DNA of 49,034 nucleotides, counting the filler, from Streblomastix strix (lineage: Eukaryota): the NCBI GenBank assembly GCA_008636045.1. It is 2 parts of 2 records of this genome, joined end to end, with 100 filler letters (N's around TTAATTAATTAA, not from the genome) between each part and the next. Parts side by side here need not be neighbours in the genome. Positions count along the whole stretch, not along the records: positions 24,577 to 49,034 come from SNRW01000234.1; 1 more part is not named here. One strand, 5' to 3'. Position numbers and translations under genes: made by a program. Below are positions 28,160 through 40,443 of the stretch, in pieces. Each line of letters opens with the position of its first letter. The first letter of the stretch is position 1. The notes below the pieces were generated by a model, which worked only from the letters and a program-made list of their open reading frames with translations, made no database searches and was not told the DNA's origin.

Positions 28160-28389
28160 AAATATAAGAACTTATGCAAAAGATTATTTGAATAGGATCT
28201 AATAAAAATTAGACAAATTTATAGACATCCTGAATTAAATAGTTGAAACATTTAAATGAACATCTTTTTACTGTTCTCGGAGTTCTCGGTGTTCACTAAC
28301 TCAAACTTCCCTGAAAACCTATAGTTTACTGCTAAATGTCATACTAATGAAAAACTTTTATGAAAAGCATTAATGGTGATGATTTATAT

Positions 28390-29182
28390 TTTCAGATTAT
28401 TTTAACAACTGTTCCATTCATACCCTCTTCATCATTAATGCTAATTATTTAGTTCGTCGTATTTATTCAAATTATATTGATTTTTTATCTGATGGAATAG
28501 TAGATAAATAGAAAAATTAATTAAATTTCATTTTGTTAAATGAATTGAAGAGCCAAAACGAATCAAATTTGATTTTATGGCAGCATCTTAACTAATGTTA
28601 TTTTATTAAAATAGAAAATTAGTTATTCTTGGCTATCAATTCTAAAGAAGTAATATAAACAATGTTTTAAATTGAATTTTAAATATTCCCATTGTATCAT
28701 CAACTGAAACAATTGTACTAGGAAAGTTAAAGTTATAGATATCAAATCCGCTAGTTTTAGCATAAACTATACTGTTTATATATCATCTTTTGATTGTTCA
28801 GTTAGCTATTTTTATAAATATTTTTTTGTATTTCATTATAAACTTACTTTTATTCTAGAAAATCACTCAATACATAATCTACTTCGGAGAATGGAACAAT
28901 ATCTGTATGATCTTTTTTTTAAAATTTTTTTCAATTTTTTATAAATTATGTCATTAATTGAATTTCCAACGTATATTAACAGTAAATAACTGTTTTTTAA
29001 TTAATTTATAATAATTAATTCTTTAAACACATTATATCTTATCAATTCATCGTAAACATATCAATAAATTATTAAATTATATATATAAATTTTAATTCAT
29101 TATAAGTAATTTTTTAAATTTTGTACTTATTAACTTTTAAATATTTTAACGGATTATCTATCATTTATGTTATACTCACCAT
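28390..29182 (-). pseudogene. A32/FtsK-HerA-type DNA packaging ATPase remnant
   Basis: Minus-strand fragments: eroded Walker A region LLICLR*IDK-YNVFKELI, Walker B TIVSVDDTMGIF, and LLQN*QPRITNFL (family pattern NRQPRIT), followed by DAAIKSNL. Confidence 0.6.
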
Positions 29183-29289
29183 TTATTTATGTAAATCATA
29201 TTTTTTTTCAGTAATAAATAGAATATCAAAAAAGTAGATATAAGTCTTAAAAAATAAATTTCACTTAAAGTGGACAAATTTTATCAAAA

Positions 29290-30245
29290 ATGGAAATTGA
29301 TGAAGGAGATTACGATTATTAAGAATCGCAATCTGCTTGATTAGAAAGAATAAATACAAGATAAATAGCATTTGGAAGGCTGCATTTCTACCAATCACTT
29401 ATTGAAATAACTAAAAAACATGGAGATCCATAATTAATTGAAAATGCAGAAGATATCCATAATACAATAGTTGGTTATTTAAACAGAAATACTAAAAATA
29501 TAATAAATTTTCATTTGCAGTTAAGACTTAATAATATTTACAAAATAAATATTTTGGTAATCAATTTGATATATATAAATAAGACTTAGATTATAATGAT
29601 GCAACACTAGACAATGTGGTTGTTTATGATAAGAAAAAGAATGCAATTTATTCGTTCGATGCTTATACACCAACTGTATGATTTTTCGATCTAGAAAATT
29701 AAAATAAAAGAAACTAAAAAAAATTATTATTCAAATGTTAATGATTTAGAACGCGTATCATTGGCAACAAAATTAAAATAAAAAGGAATAAAAAGTGGTC
29801 CTAATATAAAATGTCTGTCATTAACCAAACCACTAAAAGAAATTAAAGCAAAGGCTAACAGTTTTGGAGCATTTACTATAGTAGCGAAGGAGTTTATAAA
29901 TAGAAATGGAGATACAAAATTTTAAATGGCTACAAAATAACAACTAATGGCATCTGTTTGGATTTCAATAATTATTAATCCTGCTATTGCAATATTAGAA
30001 AAATAAAAAAGAAAAATAGATCCATTTATAACTGAAATAATTAAATTAAACATAATTAGGAGATTTCCAACATATTTTAGTTGCTAAAAGAGTATTTAAG
30101 AAAAAACTGCCTACTATTGCTGCTTAATTATAAGTTGCTTATGAAATTGATAAAAGGATAATAGCAGCTCCAGAATATGTAAATTAAATATTTGGTGAAA
30201 GTAATTAAAATAGATAATAAACTATTGGCTCATATGACTTAGCTA
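29290..30245 (+). pseudogene. Decayed viral gene of unknown function
   Basis: Long code-6 frames (MEIDEGDYD...; DLDYNDATLDNVVVYDKKKNAIYSFDAY) with in-frame TGA and frameshifts; divergent from the ATPase remnant. Confidence 0.45.
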
Positions 30246-31249
30246 AATACAAAGTTTGAATCAAACTAAATCAATCAAATAATTATTTTGACGATTTTTA
30301 TTTTTGTTCAGCCATTATCATTAGTGCCCATCATTAATGTATTTCATTAATAAATTTTAATTATTGCGTTAAATCTATATATTTCATTTAAATTATCTGA
30401 ACAAATATAATCAATAAACTTCTTAAATGCAGTAATTTTTTATTTATATTTTATATATATGTCAGATAATGGCTAAGACTCGTAAAGAAGACGTATGATT
30501 TCAATACAAGCTCCAATAATCTAGATAATCACAATAATATTTTACATAAATATATGTTTAGATTGCGTAGATTTAAGCGCTGATATAGCCATCAATGTAA
30601 GCACCAATGTTGCAGTCTCAATTACTTTCAACTTAACTTTCACCTTAACTTTCATCAGAATTAGCAAATTCAACAGCATCAGAAAATTCAGCTCTATGAA
30701 CGTATTCAATTTATAGGGATTACAAATTAAATTATTAACTAAATTTTAGACATAAAAAATTTGCACCAGAAGTTATAAGTGAATTATTAACTTAAAATAA
30801 TCCTTAAATTTAATAAAAAATATAAATAAATGATTTAAAGACTTAACATTCATTAATTTTAGGTAAAATTGGTTTAAAGAATGGTAGAAATGAAAGAGAT
30901 ATAGTTAGAATTGCAATTTTATAATCAAAATTATCGGTATAACGAATCAGATTATACACTTAATTAAATCTTCAAAATGGAATAGTTCTCGTCAAAGTTT
31001 ACGTTTATTATTTTGTGCAAGAAAAAGATAACACAGTGCAAATGAATAAATATGACGTAAAGTGCAAATAATATAATTAACAGTTAAATAAAGTAATAAA
31101 AGTTTAACGAGCCAGACATATGAAACTATTAAATGAAAAATAAAAAAAAATAACTAAAAAATTCAAAAAGAAAACACAGACGTATTTAAAAATATTAAAA
31201 ATTGAAATAAATTTTTTTTGAATTATTTAATGATAAGAATTATTAGAAA

Positions 31250-31720
31250 ATTGATGCCTTTTTAGAATACAATTACGCAATGTGAGCTATAATTCGAGGA
31301 AGATTATGAAAGATGAACTAATCATGAATGCAAATTTTAATAAATTTGCATGATTAATTCGATACATTTTATATTCTTATAATTTTTCCTATATAGGAAT
31401 ATTACAAAAACAATTTAAGAACAATTGAAGACGTAAATGGTTATATAATTGAAACATATTAAGAAGGATAATAATTTGCATTTAAAGTTATTTTTGATTT
31501 TGTGGTTATCAATGAACGAGTTAATAGGAAATAAAATAGTTAAAAAATAGTATATAAGAATATTCATCCATTGCAAGCTAGATCAGAGATGAGAGTACAG
31601 TCAACGATATACAATTAGTAAAACTTTGATGAATATAAAATATTTATTAGAAGCAACATTACTTAAATGTAAGAGAAACCATAACAAATTCAAATGATAA
31701 AATTATATATACATTTTAAT
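31250..31720 (+). pseudogene. Possible N-terminal fragment of a large Polinton-type replication protein
   Basis: FKVIFDFVVINERV...FDEYKIFIRSNITQMQE recalls the N-terminal region of large oxymonad element proteins; no polymerase motifs are visible. Confidence 0.3.
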
Positions 31721-31859
31721 AATGGTTCAGATGTTTAGATTTCTAAATATAGTAACAGGTAGTCGAATAATACATTCACTAAGAGAGCGCGTATATATAT
31801 ATGAAATACGATATATTGACCACAAAAAATAATCAAAATGTATTTTTCTTTCGATCACA

Positions 31860-32500
31860 ATTATTTATTATAAAGCTAGATATTAAATAAAATTATGAAT
31901 TAAATATTGAAATTGAATGTAATAAAGATCACTCACATATTGCGGAAACTAACAGTCTTTCATAAAAAATATATAAAACAAAAGATGATAATTAGTACCG
32001 ATTTAATTTTGCATAATAAGTGATTTAATTTAATCAGAATAAAAATTTAAATATCATTGTGTTCGTTTACGAAGATATAACAGCTTCATCAATGGCTTCA
32101 ACAACATAAACAGGCTGAAATTATTTTTGGAAGTAATATAGAAAAAATGAATAGAACGATTAAGCAAGAGAATTTATTGTTCTCCTAATTATTGATATAA
32201 TTAATGAAAAATAAATTGCTCTTGTTTTATATATTAATGACGTTAAGGTATTATTTGAAATAGAATATTGTCCTAACCGTAGTGTATAAGCATATATAAC
32301 CAGAAATTCAAATGTATCATCTAAGCTAAAAATATGCATATAAAAATGTTAAATAATGGAGGGAAAATAGTAAAAGAAGTATATTTAGAAAGTTTCAAGG
32401 ACATTATTGGGTTAGACACTAGTATTGATTCAAACTATGATATGATTAAATTTTTTAGATGATTTTGTTGATAAAAATTTTTATCTATTCTTTTATTTTT
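31860..32500 (+). pseudogene. Possible Mutator (MULE) transposase remnant
   Basis: Fragments IECNKDHSH and LLIIDIINEKQIALV-YILMT resemble MULE zinc-finger and post-DDE segments; heavily degraded. Confidence 0.3.
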
Positions 32501-33215
32501 CATCTTCGCTTATTGACTAGAAATATTATTGAATATATATATATATGGAAATAAGAAGATTTATCGGTTTAATTGTGTCAAAGTCATAAGTGATGAAATT
32601 AATAGCAAATTTTAGTTCATTTATATTTTAAATAGCATAAAGTTTCAAAATATATTTATTATATTTTTAAACTGATTCTAATTGGTTTGATTATTTGTAA
32701 AATATAATGCGGTTTTTGTTTATTGTCATTCGCATACCTCGATATGTTTTTTATAAGTTGTTGTATAATGATTTAAATGAAAGTAGAAGTGTTTATATTT
32801 ACATTTTTGACACAGTTTACTATATATAATTAGATCCAGATGTTTAATGAACATAGCATGACTCTCGGCATCAACTACAATCGATAGCAGAATCAGCAAT
32901 ACATATAGAACATTATATTTTTTGTTTATTATAATTTTTTCAACTTTTTCAAATGTTTTTTAATTTTTCGAATTTAAATATATCAATACTTAAAATTTGA
33001 ATATTTATTGATATTTCCTGAAATCCATTGTTTGATTGAAACTTCAATATAATTTTAATTATTTATTATTTTCTTTTTCAATAAGTACTTTTGATTTCAT
33101 ATATTATATGGTAAAAAATTAGATGAATAGTTCAGTTGCATTGGATATATTTGAATAATTTTCTTCAATTTTATGATTAAATGCAAAAGAAGCACTCATG
33201 AACAAATAAATACTT

Positions 33216-33964
33216 GGGTCGCTTTAAAAACGCAGCAGTGATTTTAAAACGCGTCAGTACAATTTGAGAGCATGTTTACTATAAATATTTCAATATAGAA
33301 TATGCCGCTCATAAATTTTTAACTCAATAAGTTTCTAATAATGTCCTATAAGTCGCAGGAAGAGCCAAATTTTCTCAGATTGATCCGTTTTTAATCAGTG
33401 AAATTAACTTATAAAACCTAATGATAATATGTGTATAAAAATAAATACGCACAATATCGAATTTTTTAATAATATTTGAGGCTAAATCGCCGATTTAGGC
33501 CATTTGGTTTAAACTTGGAGACTTAGCTGTAATTACTTCGCTATAAAATTTTTTTTACAAATATTTTTAATTATACTATTATACCCTTCTTAATTTCATT
33601 ACAATTTTAGAAATATATGTAACTTGATTTTGGAAAATTTCTCACAATTAAACTGCCAGTTTCTACTCCAATAAAAGCTTTTATGAGTTTATTTTATAAT
33701 GATTTGTTGAATTTAATGCTTTTAACTCGAAATTTTATATTTTCAAATACTTTAATGCTATTTAAAACAGGCGAAACATTTTGAATTTACAAAATCTGCC
33801 TGTATTTCTTGGTGTGGGGTATTGCAAGAAATACTCTAAGCTAAACATTCATCAGTGACATATTTACTATACAAATACATATACTGAACAAGGGGTCAAA
33901 TTTTACTGACTCGTTTTAAATCACTGACTCGTTTTAAATTCACTGACGCTTTTTAAAGCGACCT
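33216..33964. mobile_element. Non-autonomous Mutator-like element with long diverged TIRs
   Basis: Left GGGTCGCTTTAAAAACGCAGCAGTGATTTTAAAACGCGTCAGTACAATTTGA versus right (reverse complement) AGGTCGCTTTAAAAAGCGTCAGTGAATTTAAAACGAGTCAGTGATTTAAAACGAGTCAGTAAAATTTGA. Similarity continues for over 130 bp. The ~19-bp subterminal unit occurs 2x on the left and 3x on the right; no clear TSD. Confidence 0.8.
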
Positions 33965-34020
33965 TATAATCACAATTATTATCAACTGTTACTTAATGGT
34001 CATATTTATTATTTCAGAAA

Positions 34021-35581
34021 ATGTAATCATAACGTTAAGCATGTATAGTTTCATACATACGAACGCCAATAGGAGCTTATTGCAGTGGACTTTCAAGTTA
34101 CAATGCTCATGACCTTGGATCAATCGTTATCAAAGGTTTGATTAATTATATTAGATAATTATTCATTTATAACTCATCATTTTTATTTTTATTTTTTTGA
34201 TTTGAGCAGAAACTGTAGATAAATCCAAAATTGATGCAAACAAATTTCAATGTGCATATTTTGGACAAGCGATTCAGGCATCCGGTTAACCCAACCCTAC
34301 AAAACAAGCAGTAATGAATGCTGGACTTCCTGGAAGCGTAGTAACAACGACAATTAACAAAGTCTGCTCTTCTGGTATGAAAGCAATTCAATTAGCAGCA
34401 TAAGAAATACAACTTGAGAAATATGACTACACAGTTTGTGGTGGTATGGAATCCATGACTAATGCCCCTTTCATATTGAATATACCTCGTCTTAAGATCA
34501 GGGAAGCATAATTATCCACATCAAAACAATCTGAATAAAAAACTACATCTGAATAAACAAATACAACTCAATAAATATCTTCATCTTAATAACAATAACA
34601 TCCTCCTCATCTTCTTATTCCCCCACCTCCTAAACAAATTACAACTAAATTCCCACCTGTAATACTAAAATAGATCTGTGATGAGCAATATCCAATTGTA
34701 GACAGTCTTCTGTGTGATTCACTATATGATCCTAATGTTAATCTATTAATGGGTGATATATGTGATAAAATGGCTGAAAGAGAAGATATCAAACGTGAAG
34801 AACAGGATGAGTATGCAATTAGATCTTTTGAGAAGGCTATACAGGCTTGGAATGATGGAGTATTTGTTAACGAGGTTGTTAAAATTGAAGACAAGGATGG
34901 AAAAGTGCTTTAAGATGAACAGAAATTAAAAGTTTGATAATAATAGAAAAAATAATTTATATAATTATTTATAAATGCTTTATTTAATTGCAACTTTTAG
35001 TTCAATAAAGAGAAAATGAAAACTTTGAAGCCATGTTTTTAAAAAACTGGCTCAATAACTTCAGCGAATGGAAGTGCATTGAATGATGGAGCTGCTGCAT
35101 TAGTAATTGTCAGGTACTATTTATTAAATTACAATAATTTAGTAATTTATCATTTTTATTTTTTATTTTATTTATCAGTCGCGAAGTTGCTTAAAGAGAA
35201 AATATTGAAATTATAGCTACAATTGTAGCAACAGCCGAAGCTGAACGAGATCCCATTGATTTTGGGAAATCACCAGCTGATGCAATAAGGAATTGTCTCA
35301 AAGAAGCTAAAATGTCAATAAATGACATTGACTTATTTGAGATTAACGAAGCTTTCAGTGTTGTAGCCATACATAGTATAAGGGAATTGGGTCTTAATCC
35401 AGACATTGTTAATGTATTTGGAGGTGCGGTTGCACTTGGACATCCGATTGGCGCTTCTGGAGCGAGGATTGTATGCACTTTGCTGACTGCACTTCAACAT
35501 AGAGGAAAGAAAGTTGGTTGCGCTGCTATTTGTAATGGGGGTGGTGGAGCAAACGCAATCATTGTGCAAATTGAGCATTGA
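34021..35581 (+). CDS. Acetyl-CoA C-acetyltransferase (biosynthetic thiolase, ACAT/Erg10 type), 450 aa; exons 34021-34135, 34210-34931, 35001-35113, 35179-35581
   Basis: Code-6 translation has RTPIG, catalytic [33 protein letters not shown] and CNGGGG. Three GT-AG introns (74, 69, 65 nt) give a clean 1353-nt CDS ending in TGA. Confidence 0.95.
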
Positions 35582-35843
35582 GTTTGCTGTAAATAAATGA
35601 GGGTTATAATTCTTAAGAATATATTTTGAATTTTTTTTATAAGGCTTGTAAATTAGTTTACAATGTTTACTTTATGATATTTATAATTTTAATGTTAGCA
35701 CATGCCTACTCTTTGTCCAATAATACAGTAATAAATTCAAAATATTGCTAATTGCCTGAAAATAATAAAAAAACATATTTCCTCGCTATACTACAAACAT
35801 TTATATGTAAAAAGAATTTTATAATTTTTAATATTATGACCAG

Positions 35844-36808
35844 ATGTCTTTTGAAGGGTTGGACTTCTCACAAGCAACAAAAGATTGGGAGAAAAGCGTA
35901 ATAAAGAAAATATAGTGATTTACAGTCGCGAGCATGAAGATGAAGCAAAGAAATTACTTGAATTCCGCGGAGACCCAGAGATTGATGCGAAGCTTGAAAA
36001 TATTGTAGAAATATCCAATGATCAAGAGCAACGTATGAGCTGGGATAATACTATGGAAGAGTTTAGTCATGTATGAAACTTATTTTTATTGTGCTAGATT
36101 TTTTATTGATCAACAGTTATGGAAGAACGATGATGGATTTATCGTGAATTAATGTCGCACAAAACCATTTTTTGGGGATTTATAGCAAGCAGAGATTTTA
36201 TCGCAATTTTGAAAAACAAGTAATTATTAATCTTATTATATATATTTCTATTTTCAATATTTCTTTACATTTATTTATATATATTTAATAACAAGCCAAC
36301 AGAAAAATATCATTGGATGTCAGCTGGAAGTTCAACCAAACAAGTTCCTGTTGACGAGAAGAAGGGCGTTACTCGAGGTTTATACTGAATATATTATTAA
36401 ACATGATTAAATTAATAATATTTATTTTTTATTACATTATTTAGGATGGTGCTTTCCAGCTGGTTGGTACATGGAACCTATCGGTGAGAATAAGACTAAA
36501 ATATACTACTTAATTAGAACGGATCTGAAAGTATGAATTTAATTATATTTAATTTATTATTAATATATTTTATCTTTTAAAATTAAGGGTGCACTTCCTC
36601 TCTGGGCTGTGAACAAAGGGTATATTTGAATTCTTTGTAGATGATTACATTACTGTTTATTTTAAATATATAATTTTTATTTTTAACTTTTTTTAACTCA
36701 AATCATTAAATATATTTTATTTTATTTATATTTTAATTCATTTGCTGCAATTGCAATGTTTTTTTTGCTTCTATTCGAGATGAAGTAAAGAAAAGATATA
36801 GCAAATGA
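35844..36808 (+). pseudogene. START (lipid-transfer) domain gene with apparent frameshifts
   Basis: Motifs DWEK..NKENIVIYSR, RMSWD, ASRDF, KGVTRG, GWYMEP, TDLKGALPLWAVN across several GT-AG introns (e.g. 36071-36116). Frame breaks at ~35893, ~36170 and ~36762, and no clean final acceptor. Confidence 0.75.
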
Positions 36809-37237
36809 GACTAAATAAGGAAAAATATTTGAATGATAAAGAATATTATAAAGAGGAATAAGTAAGGTGATTTCATTATTTAGCATATATTATATTACAT
36901 TACTTAGCTATTTTACAACTTATTTGAGAGATGATACAATATTTTTAAGCAAATATGACTTTTTTGTGAGGGAGATTTTTTGCCTCTATTTTTACCAACT
37001 CATTTTTATAGTGTCAAAACAATAAAATTGTTGATGAATAATTCTAATGACCACTGATTAAGGATTAACATTGTTGCAATTTTTATGAGTACTCGAATGT
37101 AGATTTGAAGCAGTTATATTTGTATGTAAGTTATCCATCTTGTTGCACTTTTTATGATTTCGTTGATTACCAAATAGAACAAAAATCTGTTGAAATTATA
37201 TATATATTTTTTTTGTAGAAAATTTGTGATGAACATG

Positions 37238-37502
37238 AGTAGTTATAGAAACAAGGAGAGTGCTCCAAATGGAAATTTTTTATAAATAATGATAGTTATA
37301 TAATGGAAATAAAATATGATAATAACTAATGATTGATAAGATCTGTGAATTCATAATGTGAAACAGAATATTCATATGAAATAGATTAATGAATTACGTG
37401 ATTGAATTAGATATGTGAGTATGATATATGGAATAGTTAATGAAGTAAATTAATAGAAATAATCTTTGTACGTATGTCACTCTCCTTGTTTCTATAACTA
37501 TT
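37238..37502. mobile_element. 265-bp non-coding mini-element with Polinton-type AGTAGT terminus
   Basis: AGTAGTTATAGAAACAAGGAGAGTG (37238-37262) versus reverse complement of 37478-37502 (24/25 identical). Confidence 0.8.
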
Positions 37503-37569
37503 AAGGTAAATAATGGCATAGTTGATGAATAACCATTAATGGAAATCTAAAATTTATTGATTAAAACAT

Positions 37570-37745
37570 CAATTATTTGAACATTTCAATTAAGTTAGTG
37601 AATCTTTGCTATAAAACGTTAATAAATTTGCGTAATTGGCACGTGTTTATGGGTTGGATAGTGAATGACTTTTGAGTGTTCCAAGTGTTCCGAGTCAGAA
37701 ACTTTCATAAAATACTGTGGCCGGATGGACAGATGGCTAGATTGT
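37570..37745 (+). repeat. Iteron-like repeat site, copy A
   Basis: TGAATGACTTTTGAGTGTTCCAAGTGTTCCGAGTCAGAAACTTTCATAAAA; also present inverted at ~40660-40830 and direct at ~46241-46375. Confidence 0.8.
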
Positions 37746-39850
37746 TAATGAAATATAAAAAATAAATTTTATTCAAATGTTTATATCAATGAAGTCATCA
37801 TTCACATCTTCATTTATGTCTTAATCTTCTTCTCTTAATTTATCATACAATTTTATTAAATGATCATTCAATTTATATATCCAAGTTCTTTTATCTGCTA
37901 TTGTTTTATATATTCTTTGACATTTATTTTAAATTTACAATTAGAATAATTTTTATTTAATATCAAATGGTCTAATTTATTATGCAATTGTGTAAGGTAC
38001 ACCTTCCTTAAACGCTTCATAATTTTATAAAATAGCACCATCAAGCTACAAACGTGATGTTCTAATTATATCTTTTTTCACCTCTGTTAATGGAATAATT
38101 CTTTAGTTCCAGTCTTCAATATTTTTGTTCATAAAATAAATAAATGAAATATTGTAGAAATCAGTTGTAAAACTATTAGATTGAGAAGCGAAATATTCAA
38201 TGAAATCTTTATGAATTGCTTTACATCTGCATAAAACATAACGCCTATCATTAGCTTCAATTTTAACTGGGAAGTCGTTGTTAGTTATCATTATCAAATT
38301 CATAATATTTTCTGATGTTCTGCGAGGATAATTTTTTCATTTATTTTTATATAATTATTTGTTATAATTAACTTCAAAGCATCTATATTCGAATATCTTG
38401 CTTCTCCAAGGTTTTTGAGTTTATTAGCTATTCCAACATTATATTTTCAACGATAGAATTAAATTAACTCGTAAATTCACTAATATCTATCATATTTTTA
38501 ATTGAATTTCTAGCCAATAACTCACATAAAACATCTGTGAATCTGTTCTTGCTTATACCTTGACTGCTTTATAATATCAATGCCACTTCTGATTTAACAC
38601 CTGGATTTTATATAACAAATACAATTCAATTAAGGGTATAATTTTATAATTTTTCCTCTTCAGCTGTTATTGTTTTAAATATTAAATTTTAATAATCATC
38701 AATTAGGTCCCCATTAACAGAAGATAATTATTAATATTTATAGCTTTAAAATTTACTGAAAACATCTTATTCATCACTCATAAATTTTGTTACCCTCAAT
38801 GAAAATAAAGGATTTTATTTTTCAAAGACATGTTTTAAAAATATTTTCTTTTATCTATCTTCCTATAATCAAACCATTTATAATTAATCATAAGCTACTG
38901 TTTTACTTATATATTAAATTTTATTCTTTTTATCTGCTGCATTGTACTATTTAACTATAAATACTTAACCTCCATCATATGGAGCATAGCGTAACATTCT
39001 AGTTAGATCTGGAGTTATTGGTTCATATTCATTGAATTTTTGGATACTATTTTATAATTTGTTTGGCATATAAAATAATGCGAAACATTCTTTAAAATCA
39101 ATTTTTTTCATTTTATTTCAATTTAATTTTTACACCTTTTTTCATTCTCTAACATAGGTATTATATACACTTAATAATATTTTTGATTAAATTTTTTAAA
39201 TATTTTTTAATGATTAAATGGACATGATTATTTTTATTCATATCTTTTATGGATACTTCAAAAAATTATTTTGCTCTTTCCGTTAAATTATTATTATTTT
39301 TAATATTTTCATACGTTTCTTAAATATATTAATTATCAATTCCATCAATATTAATTATACTATTAATAGCTGCAAACAAGGGTAATAATTTAATTAAATC
39401 ACTTTAATTATGATCCATTGAATCGTTATTAATTTCATGACCATTAATTCCATTATATAACGTAACCACAAAATCTTTTTTCGTATCGATTATTCCTGTC
39501 TGTTATTGAAGTAGTTTATTTTATTAATTACGTTGTTCTTTTTTTAATTAGGCATGATTTATTAATTAACATTAAAATCAATTCCAAATATGTTCAAAAT
39601 TTGTCCTAAATCACATAAATTTGTATTGTTTAAATAATCACTTATAATTTCATATCACTATATAGCTTTAATTTCTTCAAATTATTCATTCATATCTACC
39701 ATTTGTTTTATTTAATGAATTATTCTCCTATGAATGTAATTAATATGAAATAATTGTAATTATGAATATATTTGGTATTTTTAAAAATAATTTTTGTGGA
39801 TGCAGAATTGACCCAGAAAAGTTTGGCTTGGTGAGTTGGCATCTTGTTAA

Positions 39851-40443
39851 TTGACAATGGCCCGGTGTTTTACTTCATATCTATATACATAGATAGTATA
39901 TGTTATATACATCATAAATATATTAGGCGACATCAAAGACTAATGGGATGGTTGTTGAGAAACGGAGGGATGAAGTTTGAAATTTTAGGTCTTTTTGCCT
40001 ATATAATTTTTTCATAATATTGCATATATTGAATTATTTTGTGACATATTTATCAATTTTTACTTAATTTGTGTTTATTATTAATAATTAGGGTTAGTAT
40101 CAACGTCGAATGAGCTTTGCATGCCTTTTCGAATGACGGGTTAGGGTCTAAAAATAATGAGCTTTGCGTCCCTTTTCTAAAGGCCAGTTAGGGTCAAAAA
40201 ATAATGAGCTTTGCGTGCCTATTCTAATAACGGGTTAGAGTCTAAGAAATAACTAAATATATGCTAAATATTGTAAAAAATAAAAAATATATAGGCAAAA
40301 AACCTAAAATTTCAAACTTCATACCTCCGTTTCTCAACAACCATCCCATTAGTCTTTGATGTCGCCTAATATATTTATGATATATATAACATATACTATC
40401 TATATATATATATATATGAAGTAAAAAACCGGGCCATTGTCAA
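39851..40443. mobile_element. 593-bp MITE with ~160-bp TIRs and TTAA target duplication
   Basis: TTAA|TTGACAATGGCCCGG...CCGGGCCATTGTCAA|TTAA with near-perfect long TIRs (e.g. ATTAGGCGACATCAAAGACTAATGGGATGGTTGTTGAGAAACGGAGG). Confidence 0.93.
40110..40250 (+). repeat. Three 47-bp tandem units inside the MITE, each with a GTTAG(G/A)GTC motif
   Basis: ATGAGCTTTGC starts at 40110, 40157 and 40204. Confidence 0.92.

Noticed and set aside
31757..32880. TIR pair around the possible MULE remnant
   Set aside because: Only patchy similarity (GTAGTyGA) that cannot be distinguished from chance by eye.
34167..35578. Minus-strand ORFs over the thiolase
   Set aside because: Antisense shadows of the thiolase exons.
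40088..40240. True telomere or chromosome end
   Set aside because: TTAGGG motifs are isolated and internal, not a tandem array.
40110..40250. CRISPR-like array
   Set aside because: The whole 47-bp unit is repeated with no unique spacers, it lies inside a eukaryotic MITE, and no cas genes are present.
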